In this document: piece after piece, positions 49,578-58,119 of the stretch
Position numbering within the stretch: the stretch's first letter is position 1
How the letters are laid out: every line of letters starts with the position of its first letter
Virus record (IMG/VR): IMGVR_UViG_3300042557_001775
Location: 8,743 to 72,742 of that record
Origin: a virus
Direction: 5' to 3' (one strand)
DNA length: 64,000 nt
Translations under genes and position numbers: made by a program
Notes under the pieces: model-generated
Seen by the model: only the letters and a program-made list of their open reading frames with translations
Databases searched by the model: none
What the model was told of the DNA's origin: nothing

Positions 49578-50834
49578 ATGAGCAAATCCAGACTTATTGA
49601 GACCAGCCCCGGTGTTCACGAACTCGAACTGAACGGCTCGCGGGTCAAAATCCGTGAGACCAAAAACGGCAACTACAAGTTTTTTCGGCTCGACTGGAAA
49701 GTCGGTAGCCGCGCATTCCGCCGCGCCTTTTCCTCCTCCGAAAAAGCCATCGACGAGGCCGAGCGCATTGTACGGGATCTTGCCCGGGCCGAAGGGGAAA
49801 AAACAACCGTGCGTAGCGAGGATATCGTCTACTACCGCGAATGCGCCCGAAAGCTTGGCGGCGTTCCCCTGCACGAAGCCGTCGAGTTCTACTGCAAGTT
49901 CCACCGCGTCGGCGCTCCCCGCAAAACCATCGCCGATCTCGCCCAAGAACTCGAAGTCGCCACCCGCGCCCGCGAAGCATCCCGGCGGCATCTCGAAACA
50001 ACCATTCATCTCAACAAGGTATGGACAAAATGGACGGGCGCAATGACGCCCTCCGAAATTACCCCCGCGCTCATCGAGCGAAAGTTCTCCGAGAGCGACT
50101 ACTCGGCCCACACGAAAAAGAATTTGCTGCGGGGTTACCGGGCCCTGGAGCTGTTCGCGATCCGCCAAAAATATCTGCCGCGTGAATTCGAGAGCGTAGC
50201 CGAGCGGGTGACCATACCCAAAACGCGCAACGCCACGCCAGCCGTGTTCACTCCGGAAGATCTGATGCGGCTCTTCGTTGCCGCGCAGCCGAAACATTTG
50301 TCCTACATCGCCATGATGGCGTTTGCTGGCGCCCGCCGGGCGGAGTTCGAGCGCATGACCCGCGACCACATTTCGCTCGATGACAAAGTCGCCATCATCA
50401 ACGCGGAAATTGCCAAGAAGGGTTCCCGGCGCGTTTTGGAATTACCGGAAAACCTTTGCGAGTGGCTGCGCGTGGCCGAACTTCCCGAGAAAGGTCTCCT
50501 CACGTCACGCAAAAGCATCGAGCGGCTCTCATCCAATAAAGCGGCGCTGAAAGAAGTGGGGCTGGACGCATCAAAGTGGGAGCAGAATGTGCTCCGCCAC
50601 TCCTTTTGCTCCTACCACTTGGCCTTACACCGCAACGCGGCCACCACTTCAGAGCAGGCCGGCAACTCACCTCAAATGCTCCGCGAGCACTACAAATCAC
50701 TCGTGACCCCCGCCGCCGCCAAAGAATGGTTCGGAATCACTCCCGAGAAGGTTAATCAATTCGCGAGTGCGAATAATCTTGTCGGGTTAATAAAATGGTC
50801 TTGCCGAAAGAAAGGAGAGGTGTCAATCTCGTAA
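49578..50834 (+). CDS. int: tyrosine recombinase (phage integrase)
   Basis: GARRAE (R), AKK (K), NVLRHSF, AGNS, EHY (Y). Confidence 0.9.
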   Translation: MSKSRLIETSPGVHELELNGSRVKIRETKNGNYKFFRLDWKVGSRAFRRAFSSSEKAIDEAERIVRDLARAEGEKTTVRSEDIVYYRECARKLGGVPLHEAVEFYCKFHRVGAPRKTIADLAQELEVATRAREASRRHLETTIHLNKVWTKWTGAMTPSEITPALIERKFSESDYSAHTKKNLLRGYRALELFAIRQKYLPREFESVAERVTIPKTRNATPAVFTPEDLMRLFVAAQPKHLSYIAMMAFAGARRAEFERMTRDHISLDDKVAIINAEIAKKGSRRVLELPENLCEWLRVAELPEKGLLTSRKSIERLSSNKAALKEVGLDASKWEQNVLRHSFCSYHLALHRNAATTSEQAGNSPQMLREHYKSLVTPAAAKEWFGITPEKVNQFASANNLVGLIKWSCRKKGEVSIS

Positions 50835-50871
50835 CAACCTTGAAACCCCAATCAAGAAAGGAAAACACAAC

Positions 50872-51162
50872 ATGCCCAATCAACTGAAACCAGGAACGCG
50901 CCGTCTCAGCTATGTCGAGACGCGCCAAGCAGCCAAAGCTTTGGATATCTTAGCTGCGGCCAAAAGCACCAACGTATCGGCCCTCATTCGTGAGGCCACC
51001 GAGGACTACCTGAAAAAGGTAGATAAAGACAACTCCGTCCGAAAGCTCGCCCTGCAAATCGTGACTGAACTTCCCGACGACGCAGAAGAACGAGCGGAAG
51101 CGGATTTAGACCCGAAAACAATGGAACAGCTTACCGCCGTAATGAAAAAGATTCGGCGTTAA
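50872..51162 (+). CDS. ribbon-helix-helix regulator (candidate repressor)
   Basis: GAAAGGA RBS; RRLSYVE beta strand then ALDILAAAKSTNVSALIREA. Confidence 0.65.
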   Translation: MPNQLKPGTRRLSYVETRQAAKALDILAAAKSTNVSALIREATEDYLKKVDKDNSVRKLALQIVTELPDDAEERAEADLDPKTMEQLTAVMKKIRR

Positions 51163-51165
51163 CGA

Positions 51166-51183
51166 TTGGCACGATCGTGCTAA
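51166..51183. promoter_or_regulatory. palindromic operator candidate
   Basis: TTGGCACGATCGTGCTAA (one mismatch), sharing a half-site with the attP repeats. Confidence 0.5.
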
Positions 51184-51291
51184 TTTTTGGCGGAATCGTC
51201 CGCGCATTTTGGCGCATCAGAGTCTTATCTACGTCACAACCCCACCACCTAAAACAAACGACTAAAACTCAAAACCAATATACCAGAAGTC

Positions 51292-51510
51292 ATGGTCATC
51301 AACCTCACCAAAGCCCAAGAAGAGGCGCTTAAACGCCTATCGAACCAAGTCAACCTCCCTCCGGACAAAATCGCCGAGTTATTTGTGCAGGACGGAATTT
51401 CATCGTATGCTTATACCAACGATGGACACTCCTCTTTGCGAGAATCTCTTGCCGAGTCTTCAGAAGCTTCGCAACCCGAAGCTGATCCGGAGCTTTGCCA
51501 GCGACGCTGA
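51292..51510 (+). CDS. small RHH-like protein
   Basis: MVINLTKAQEEALKRLS...PDKIAELFV. Confidence 0.5.
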   Translation: MVINLTKAQEEALKRLSNQVNLPPDKIAELFVQDGISSYAYTNDGHSSLRESLAESSEASQPEADPELCQRR

Positions 51511-51610
51511 ATTAGAAGACGCACTCATCAAGGCTGCGGAGGCTACTGGCTACTCCATGAGCGAGATTATCCGGCAAGCTCTCCGCAAGTCCTTGATCGA
51601 AGGTTCTTAA
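51422..51610 (+). CDS. small RHH/CopG-like protein
   Basis: IRSFASD.ELEDAL.KAA..TG.SMSEIIRQAL. Confidence 0.55.
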   Translation: MDTPLCENLLPSLQKLRNPKLIRSFASDAELEDALIKAAEATGYSMSEIIRQALRKSLIEGS

Positions 51611-51621
51611 CCTCACAACCC

Positions 51622-51708
51622 GTGACAATCATCAGCATAGTCTGGTGCCTGCTTCTCATGCTCGTGGTCGTTGCCTGCATCGACAACGACGAGCCGCCCT
51701 ACTTATGA
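51622..51708 (+). CDS. 28-aa single-TM peptide (not in ORF track)
   Basis: GTG right after the AACC element; VTIISIVWCLLLMLVVVACIDNDEPPYL*; ATGA overlap with next gene. Confidence 0.4.
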   Translation: MTIISIVWCLLLMLVVVACIDNDEPPYL

Positions 51709-51992
51709 CAATGACAATCGAATGCTCGGCTTTCACCGCGACCCCGATCGCCGAAGGCCGCATTAAGTTGGAAATCCAATCGGCCGCCGCGCCGCGCAAA
51801 GACGTCTACACCGCAGGGGAAGCCGTTGCTCGCCTAAGCGAGATCTTCGGCAAACCCCTTCACCGCAATTCGCTGGCCTACTGGCGAAAACAAGGGCTCC
51901 CGTGCGTCAAGCTCGGGGAGAAAAAGATCATGTACTCCGAAGACGACCTTGTGCGATGGGCTCAAGGACGTATCACCTCTGCCATCCCGTGA
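51705..51992 (+). CDS. excisionase/MerR-like HTH protein
   Basis: YTAGEA...SLAYWRKQGLP.VKLG.KKIMYS.DDL.RW. Confidence 0.65.
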   Translation: MTMTIECSAFTATPIAEGRIKLEIQSAAAPRKDVYTAGEAVARLSEIFGKPLHRNSLAYWRKQGLPCVKLGEKKIMYSEDDLVRWAQGRITSAIP

Positions 51993-52363
51993 ATAGTCGC
52001 CAAAAAGGAAAAAGGGTCGAGCGGCTCTGGAGGGATCAACTCCGGGAGGCCGGTTTTCTCAAAGCCTACCGAGGACAACAATACTGCGGAGCGGCCGGCG
52101 ACGCCGACGTCGTTTGCCCCGAGCTGCCAGGCTTTCACTTCGAGGTCAAAGGCGTCCAGAACCTGAACGTCTTGGCCGCGATGAAGCAAGCGCTCAACGA
52201 CTGCGGAAAAAAGATTCCGGTCCTAGCGCATAAGAAAAACGGCGAGCCGTGGCTTGTGACCATGCTCGCCGATGACTGGCTGCCCTTAGTTAAAGAGACT
52301 GACCGAGTTAGTCTGTCGGACACTCCCGAATCGGCTCACGAATCGGCTCACGATAATCCGTGA
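51989..52363 (+). CDS. Holliday junction resolvase (PD-(D/E)XK, Hjc-like)
   Basis: NSRQKGKR.ER, ADV, HFEVK, PVLAHKKN..PWLV. Confidence 0.8.
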   Translation: MNSRQKGKRVERLWRDQLREAGFLKAYRGQQYCGAAGDADVVCPELPGFHFEVKGVQNLNVLAAMKQALNDCGKKIPVLAHKKNGEPWLVTMLADDWLPLVKETDRVSLSDTPESAHESAHDNP

Positions 52364-52502
52364 AATATGTGGTGCCGTTTTCTCTCCGAACGGCTCCGTA
52401 ACCCTCGTAGCCCTTGGGGCCGTAAATTTGCACAAACTCAGGTTCAGAAGCCAGTGCGGCTAAAGCTGACGACACAAACAGCATACAAATTAAGTATTTC
52501 AT
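52308..52502 (-). CDS. small exported protein, antisense to the operon
   Basis: Signal peptide MKYLICMLFVSSALAALA; AT-rich; fills an otherwise empty gap. Confidence 0.55.
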   Translation of the reverse strand: MKYLICMLFVSSALAALASEPEFVQIYGPKGYEGYGAVRRENGTTYFTDYREPIREPIRECPTD

Positions 52503-52540
52503 GCAAGTAAGTAGACTTAAACGGCACTGCCGCGTTCAAA

Positions 52541-53206
52541 ATGACTCCTGATCAAGTTCGTAATCTTTACGACCAACAATATGCGGATTCGTACGATCAG
52601 ACCTTCAGAGAAGGACCCATCGCAGCGTCGATGACCAAAAGCGAAAAGAAGATTCTCAAACTTTTACTCAGCAAAGGGGGCCCGTGGCTTGACGTCGGAT
52701 GCGGCACCGGCTTCTCCCTCGCTCAATTTCCGCACATCGAGCGGACTGGGCTGGACTTGTCCCCGGCAATGTTAAAGAAGGCCCGCGCCGCGAATCAAAC
52801 CGCCAACTTTATCGAAGGTAACTTTCTCGATCCCCGTCCAGAATGGAACGGACGTTTCCGCTTGGTGACCTGTATGTGGTACGCCTACGCGTTGCTGGAC
52901 TCCGTCCGCGAAATCGAGTGCGCCATCGACAACATGGCTGACTGGACAACAGACACAGGCTTTCTCTTCGTTCCCGTGTGCGACCCGCGTGCGTTTGGGA
53001 CATTTCCGGAGCGGCAACCGTGGTGGGGCGGGGCCGACGAAGTTCAAATTACTGCGGTGGTGTGGAACTACACGGACTCGCACCAGCATCTTAACTTGGT
53101 AAGCCCGACTTTGGAGGTCATGCGCGGGATGCTTCGCAACAGGTTCCACACCGTCACTGACATTTCTTACGAAATAACCGCGCTTCTTGCCGCCGACAAA
53201 AAATGA
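52541..53206 (+). CDS. class I SAM-dependent methyltransferase
   Basis: WLDVGCGTG, TGLDLSPAML..AR, FIEGN, FRLVTC. Confidence 0.85.
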   Translation: MTPDQVRNLYDQQYADSYDQTFREGPIAASMTKSEKKILKLLLSKGGPWLDVGCGTGFSLAQFPHIERTGLDLSPAMLKKARAANQTANFIEGNFLDPRPEWNGRFRLVTCMWYAYALLDSVREIECAIDNMADWTTDTGFLFVPVCDPRAFGTFPERQPWWGGADEVQITAVVWNYTDSHQHLNLVSPTLEVMRGMLRNRFHTVTDISYEITALLAADKK

Positions 53207-55620
53207 AGCTCTTCCCCTACCAAAAAGAAGCCGTAGAGCGGCACCTGAAGATCCTTGACTCAGTCGGGGCCAGCTTGGACGGAACCGGCTGCGGAGGCGG
53301 GAAAACTGTTATCGCCAGCGCGGTGGCCGCCAAGTACGCGCTGAAAACCTGCGTGGTCTGCCCGAAAAGCGTCATCGCCAAGTGGGAGGCCACACTCGCG
53401 GCGTTCGGGGTCAAACCCCTCTTTGTTCTCAACCCCGAAAAGTTGCGGACCGGGAACACGCCCTGGGTGAAGAAACTACCCAAAGGGAAAAAAGGGACGT
53501 TCGAGTGGCAGCTTCCCGAGCGGTGTCTTTTGATTTTCGACGAGGCGCACGTCTGCGGCTCGGCGACGTCCCAGAACGGAAAACTCCTTGAGTCCGCCGC
53601 TGACCATTGCGTTCTCATGCTCTCGGCGACCGCTGCCGAGTCCCCTCTCCGCATGAAAGCCATCGGAGTCCAGCTCCGGCTTTTTACCTCCGGCTACTAC
53701 TGGAAATGGGTCCGCGAACAAGGAGCGGTCGAGTCTCGATGGGGCGGACTGGAGTGGGATCCTAAGCGCGCTGAAAACAAAGAAAAAATGGAACGCCTTC
53801 ACCATTCGATATTCGCGAACAGAGGATACCGAGTCCCGGAGGCCGTCCTACGCGAGCAACTCCCAGAACTAATGGTTACCGACGAACAACTATGGCTTTC
53901 CACAACCGACAAAAATGAAGTCAAAAAACTCTACGACGAAATGGCCGACCCCGAAGATCCAGGAGCGGTCAAAAACCTCCGACAGCGTCAAGCAATCGAG
54001 AAGATCAAAGTCCCCTACCTCGTGGAGAGGGCGAAAGAAATCGTGGACGCCGGAGGATCAGCCGTCGTCTTTTTCAACTTCCACGAATCTATCGACGCCG
54101 CCCGCGTCCATTTCGACCAAGGCTGCGTCATCGACGGACGCGAAAGCGCGGAACAGCGGCTCGAAACGCGTCGCCGGTTCCAAGAAAACGAACTGCGGAC
54201 GATCCTCGTCCAGATCGCGGCCGGCGGACAAAGCATCGATCTACACGACACAAGTGGTTCGTTCCCTCGCGTGGCTTTGCTGTGCCCCCAATTCAGCGGA
54301 GTTGTGGAAGAGCAGGCTATTGGACGGATCGCCCGAGTGGGGGCCCGGTCGAGGGCTCTCGTTATCCGACTGTTTGCCCCCGGAAGCGTAGAAGCGGCCG
54401 CCGCCAAACTCAGCGCCGAAAAACGCGAAAACTTAGAAATTTTGAATGAGGGCAAGAAAAGTTTGAACGAATCCGCCAGTCCCGAAGTCTCTTCTTCCAT
54501 GTCCGGGTTATCAACCTCACAACCTGCGGCCGATGCGCCCGAAATTCTTCCCGCTCACAGCGAGCATTCACCTTCATCCCTAAAACTCAAAGCTATATGC
54601 CCAGGATTCCGAAACGACCAAACCAGAGACAAATCAGCAGCCGACCGAGGGACCCTCGGCCACAAAGCGGTGGAGCTGGAAAACCTCGACGTGATTCCAC
54701 CGGACGATTCACGTCTGCGCGAAGCAGCGGAAATGTGCCTGAAGTATCTCTCCCTGCTGCGGAAAAAGGCCGGCCCAAGCGCAAAGGAAATTCGCGAAGA
54801 AAGGTACTCGATGCTGGATCAGTTTGGTCATATCGACCATCTGTTCCTGAACGGGCCGCAAGCCCACTTAATCGACTACAAGTTTGCGTTCAGCGCCTAC
54901 GAAGCGGACTCACCTCAATTTTGGGCCTATTGTCTCGGCGTTTGGGATAAACATCCCGAGGTCGAGGAAATCACCGCCCACGTAGTTTTACCATTTCAAG
55001 GGGTTATCGACGTCGAGTCTTGGTCGCGGAAGTCCGACTATGAGCGGCTCTCGGCGCAAACCGCCGCGATCATCGAATCCGCTCGCCGCGATAACCCCGA
55101 GACTTACCAGACCGGCAGCCATTGCGCGTGGTGCGGGCAACGGGCCAAATGCCCGAAGCTCAACAACCTCGCGCTGGCCGTTGCCGCCCAATACCAACCC
55201 GAAGCGCTGGAACTTCCGGCCAAGTTCGACCCCGCGCTGATCGACGATCCCCAGGTCATCGCCGTCGCCAAAAAACTCGGCCCGATCTTGAAGGCGTGGG
55301 CCGAGAAAGTCGATCAACGTGCGCTCGAAATGCGCTTGGTCGAGGGCATCGAGATTCCCGGCTTCGAGTTGGCCGAGCGGTCGGCTCCTTTCAAAATCAC
55401 GGACGCGCAGGCAGCATGGGAAGTGGTCAAAGATCACATGACGCCCGAAGCCTTCGCCGGGTGCGCGGAAGTAAAAATCGGAGCGCTGGAGAAGGCGTTC
55501 GTCCGCACCGCCAAGCGCGGCACCATCAAATCCGCCAAGGAGACTTTGCGCTGCGCCCTTCTGGACGCCAACGCAGCTCAGTCCGAAGGCACCAGCCAAT
55601 ACCTGAGGAAGAGCAAATGA
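53203..55620 (+). CDS. SF2 helicase fused to Cas4-like PD-(D/E)XK nuclease (DUF2800-like)
   Basis: GCGGGKT, DEAH, LSAT, QAIGRIARVG; then HSPSS..CP, GTLGH, GHID, IDYKF, CAWC..CP. Confidence 0.85.
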   Translation: MKLFPYQKEAVERHLKILDSVGASLDGTGCGGGKTVIASAVAAKYALKTCVVCPKSVIAKWEATLAAFGVKPLFVLNPEKLRTGNTPWVKKLPKGKKGTFEWQLPERCLLIFDEAHVCGSATSQNGKLLESAADHCVLMLSATAAESPLRMKAIGVQLRLFTSGYYWKWVREQGAVESRWGGLEWDPKRAENKEKMERLHHSIFANRGYRVPEAVLREQLPELMVTDEQLWLSTTDKNEVKKLYDEMADPEDPGAVKNLRQRQAIEKIKVPYLVERAKEIVDAGGSAVVFFNFHESIDAARVHFDQGCVIDGRESAEQRLETRRRFQENELRTILVQIAAGGQSIDLHDTSGSFPRVALLCPQFSGVVEEQAIGRIARVGARSRALVIRLFAPGSVEAAAAKLSAEKRENLEILNEGKKSLNESASPEVSSSMSGLSTSQPAADAPEILPAHSEHSPSSLKLKAICPGFRNDQTRDKSAADRGTLGHKAVELENLDVIPPDDSRLREAAEMCLKYLSLLRKKAGPSAKEIREERYSMLDQFGHIDHLFLNGPQAHLIDYKFAFSAYEADSPQFWAYCLGVWDKHPEVEEITAHVVLPFQGVIDVESWSRKSDYERLSAQTAAIIESARRDNPETYQTGSHCAWCGQRAKCPKLNNLALAVAAQYQPEALELPAKFDPALIDDPQVIAVAKKLGPILKAWAEKVDQRALEMRLVEGIEIPGFELAERSAPFKITDAQAAWEVVKDHMTPEAFAGCAEVKIGALEKAFVRTAKRGTIKSAKETLRCALLDANAAQSEGTSQYLRKSK

Positions 55621-55757
55621 CCAAGACAACGCGCCTTTGTATTCAGGCTGGCCTCATCTACGCGCTGCTGCTGATGGCCGCCGTAGTAGTCCTCCGGCGC
55701 GTCATCCCGGACGAGCCGGTTCCAGACCTCACTCTCTGCCCTTTTTGCCACAAATGA
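55617..55757 (+). CDS. small TM protein with CPFC
   Basis: ATGA overlaps on both sides. Confidence 0.5.
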   Translation: MTKTTRLCIQAGLIYALLLMAAVVVLRRVIPDEPVPDLTLCPFCHK

Positions 55758-55993
55758 TCTGCCATGAGTTCCGCATCCCGATCTCGGTTCACACGCCTAT
55801 GGGCGAAGGTGACGCGATTCTGTTCGTCGATTACGGGCTGGCGGTTAACTCGATGTGGGTCGTGCGGCTCCATCATTCCGGCGTCGTCAAACACTTCTTC
55901 TCCGAAGACGTCCGTGTTTACGGAAACCCGATGGATGGGCGGGGATGGGACGCTGAAATTCCGAAGGATTGGAAAACTTTGAAGGGTTCTTAA
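55754..55993 (+). CDS. hypothetical phage protein
   Basis: TPMGEG.A.LF.DYG...N..WVV pattern. Confidence 0.6.
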   Translation: MICHEFRIPISVHTPMGEGDAILFVDYGLAVNSMWVVRLHHSGVVKHFFSEDVRVYGNPMDGRGWDAEIPKDWKTLKGS

Positions 55994-56046
55994 CCCAACA
56001 ACCGAGGCAGCGGCACTGCCAAACAACAAACAAAACTAAACATCGT

Positions 56047-56805
56047 ATGAGCAAAATATCGTTTGAAGACCTCGACAAGGCCCCAGCCGAGTCGAACACC
56101 GAAACCGCAGTCGTCGTGAAACCGGACTTGGCCGTGGCCGTCCCAATCGCAGAACCGGCCAAAGGACTCTTGGGAGAGTGGACCGCGCAAGACACGCGCC
56201 TGCCCCGCTTGAACTTGGTCAACAAGTCCGGCGACCTCGCCAACACGTTCGTCCCAGGGACTTACGTCATCAATAAAGAGCACCAGCTCAACCAACTCTC
56301 GGCCGACTCCCGCGAACGGAGCAACCCGATCAACGTCATCGTCGCGACGATGGCGAAACAGTATCAGGAAAACATTCCGTTCGATCAGCGCGAGTCCACT
56401 CCGGCTCGCCTCTTCAACAAAGCCTCCGAAGTCATGGCGGCCGCCGGATCAATCAGCCGCATGAGCGGCGAAGGGAAATTCTCCGAAATCGCGCACATCG
56501 AGCTTTTCCTCGAAGAGCCGGAGGGGTTGACCGAAGACGCCCAGGCGCTCTTCTACTACACGTTCGGGGGCAAAAAATACACCCGCGTCATGTGGACTGT
56601 CAGCGGCACCGCTTTCGGCGCAGTCGCCGTCACGATCGCCAGTGCGCTGCGGGGACACTTGTCTTCGACCGGACTGACCGGAGGTCAATGGCTCCTCGGG
56701 TCGAACCTGATCAAAGGCCAAAAGAATAGCTGGTGGCAGCCGAGCATCCGCACCAACGGACTCGTGGCCCCAGAGGTCACCAAAGAAATCGAGGGCAACC
56801 TCTAA
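56047..56805 (+). CDS. putative single-stranded DNA-binding protein
   Basis: D.RLPRLNLV motif; lies between nuclease and polA and is followed by a strong hairpin. Confidence 0.55.
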   Translation: MSKISFEDLDKAPAESNTETAVVVKPDLAVAVPIAEPAKGLLGEWTAQDTRLPRLNLVNKSGDLANTFVPGTYVINKEHQLNQLSADSRERSNPINVIVATMAKQYQENIPFDQRESTPARLFNKASEVMAAAGSISRMSGEGKFSEIAHIELFLEEPEGLTEDAQALFYYTFGGKKYTRVMWTVSGTAFGAVAVTIASALRGHLSSTGLTGGQWLLGSNLIKGQKNSWWQPSIRTNGLVAPEVTKEIEGNL

Positions 56806-56812
56806 TCAATCT

Positions 56813-56874
56813 GCTTCCGGCTGGAGGGACTGTTTGTGGGGGCATGGGCACCCCTCTGGCCGGAAGCTCTTTTT
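56813..56874 (+). terminator. long hairpin plus U tract
   Basis: GCTTCCGGCTGGAGGG...CCCTCTGGCCGGAAGC followed by TCTTTTT. Confidence 0.65.
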
Positions 56875-57459
56875 ATGACCCACCTTTATATTGCAGGACC
56901 GATGCGCGGCTACCCGCGTTATAATTTTGACGCCTTTTTTGCCGCCGATCTCGACTTGAGAGATCGCGGATACGAACCGATCAACCCCGCCAAGCTCGAC
57001 TTGGACGCGGGCTTCGATCCCGACAAAGATCCCGTCACAGCGGAGTTCATGGACGAAGCGATGCGCCGCGATATCGCGGGCATCCTCAAAGCCGACGCTC
57101 TCGTCCTTCTCCCGGGGTGGGACCGGTCCACGGGGGCCAGAGCCGAGAAAGCCCTGGCCGAATGGCGCGGCATTCCCGTCCTTCTCTATCCGTCACTCAT
57201 CGAGCTTAACAAAGAGTCGATTCTTCTCGAAGCCGAACGCTTGACCGACGGCGACCGGCAAAACCAATACGGGCCGCCGGAGCAAGATTTCGCGAGAACC
57301 GCCGCGATGTGGAATTCCCTCTTTGGATGGAACGCGACAGCGCGTGACGTGGCAATGGCGATGATCTGCCTCAAACTTTCGCGGCAAACTCACATGGCAA
57401 AACGCGACAACTGGACGGACATCGCTGGTTACGCCAAGTGCGGATGGAGGTGCCCATGA
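56875..57459 (+). CDS. DUF4406 (NDT-like) - DUF6378 fusion protein
   Basis: YIAGPMRG...NF.AF, INPA, LLPGW..S.GA..E; then GDRQ.QYG.P..DF, LKLSR, DNW.DIAGY. Confidence 0.8.
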   Translation: MTHLYIAGPMRGYPRYNFDAFFAADLDLRDRGYEPINPAKLDLDAGFDPDKDPVTAEFMDEAMRRDIAGILKADALVLLPGWDRSTGARAEKALAEWRGIPVLLYPSLIELNKESILLEAERLTDGDRQNQYGPPEQDFARTAAMWNSLFGWNATARDVAMAMICLKLSRQTHMAKRDNWTDIAGYAKCGWRCP

Positions 57460-57662
57460 ACGAGCAGCTCGACCTATTTATGAAGCAAACAGAAGAATTC
57501 ACCGCATGGAAAGCCCTCGCCGGCCCTTACCGCGACGACGAGCAATGGATGTTGGATAACGTCCTCGCCGATTTACGGCGCGGCGGCATCAAGTTTCTGG
57601 TGCGATACACCGCGAGCGGACTAGAGGTCTGGCGCGACAAAGTCGGGTGGCTCGGCGAATGA
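57456..57662 (+). CDS. hypothetical protein
   Basis: GGAGG RBS, ATGA overlap. Confidence 0.6.
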   Translation: MNEQLDLFMKQTEEFTAWKALAGPYRDDEQWMLDNVLADLRRGGIKFLVRYTASGLEVWRDKVGWLGE

Positions 57663-57928
57663 GAACTTACACCATCGTCATCGAGGAAAACGTTCCGCTG
57701 GCCCGCAAAACCAAGACCGGAAACCTCTACGTGCATCCGCTGTCGTGGATCATCGAAAAACTACGGGTGAACGATTCATTCCTTTACCCCGCGTCTACGG
57801 GTGAGCGGCCCAACAACCTTCGCTCCATAGCCAACGGCTATGCCAAGCGCCTTGGTATCAAAATCGCCACGCGCACAGTGATCGACCGAGAAGGGGTCGA
57901 TCGCATCCGCTTTTACCGCACAGCATGA
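57659..57928 (+). CDS. small DNA-binding-like protein
   Basis: IEENVPL...L.VNDSF....IR.YR pattern. Confidence 0.6.
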   Translation: MRTYTIVIEENVPLARKTKTGNLYVHPLSWIIEKLRVNDSFLYPASTGERPNNLRSIANGYAKRLGIKIATRTVIDREGVDRIRFYRTA

Positions 57929-58119
57929 GTAACTACACGCTAGGCCGCATCGAATTCAGCGATCCGGACATTGTTCGGCCGGAACAGACTCTCTCCGTCA
58001 CGCTCGGAGTTCTGTGCGGCATCCAAGTCGAGCAAGAAGACTTGATCGACGAACTCTGCGACTTCGCGGGCTACCTCCTCACCCTTATCTGCGAACTCGA
58101 TGGTAGCGATCGACTTTGA
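57925..58119 (+). CDS. small acidic protein
   Basis: Coupled to both neighbours. Confidence 0.5.
   Translation: MSNYTLGRIEFSDPDIVRPEQTLSVTLGVLCGIQVEQEDLIDELCDFAGYLLTLICELDGSDRL

Noticed and set aside
50520-50700. Inactive integrase (HxxR changed to NxxR, second His changed to Asn)
   Set aside because: Catalytic R, K, R and Y are intact, such substitutions occur in active tyrosine recombinases, and an attP is adjacent
51166-51181. Sigma54-like TTGGCACG...TGC
   Set aside because: GG-to-GC spacing is 9 nt, not the required 10; better explained as a palindromic operator
54560-55200. CRISPR-associated cas4
   Set aside because: No other cas genes or array; context is the standard phage nuclease-SSB-polA module
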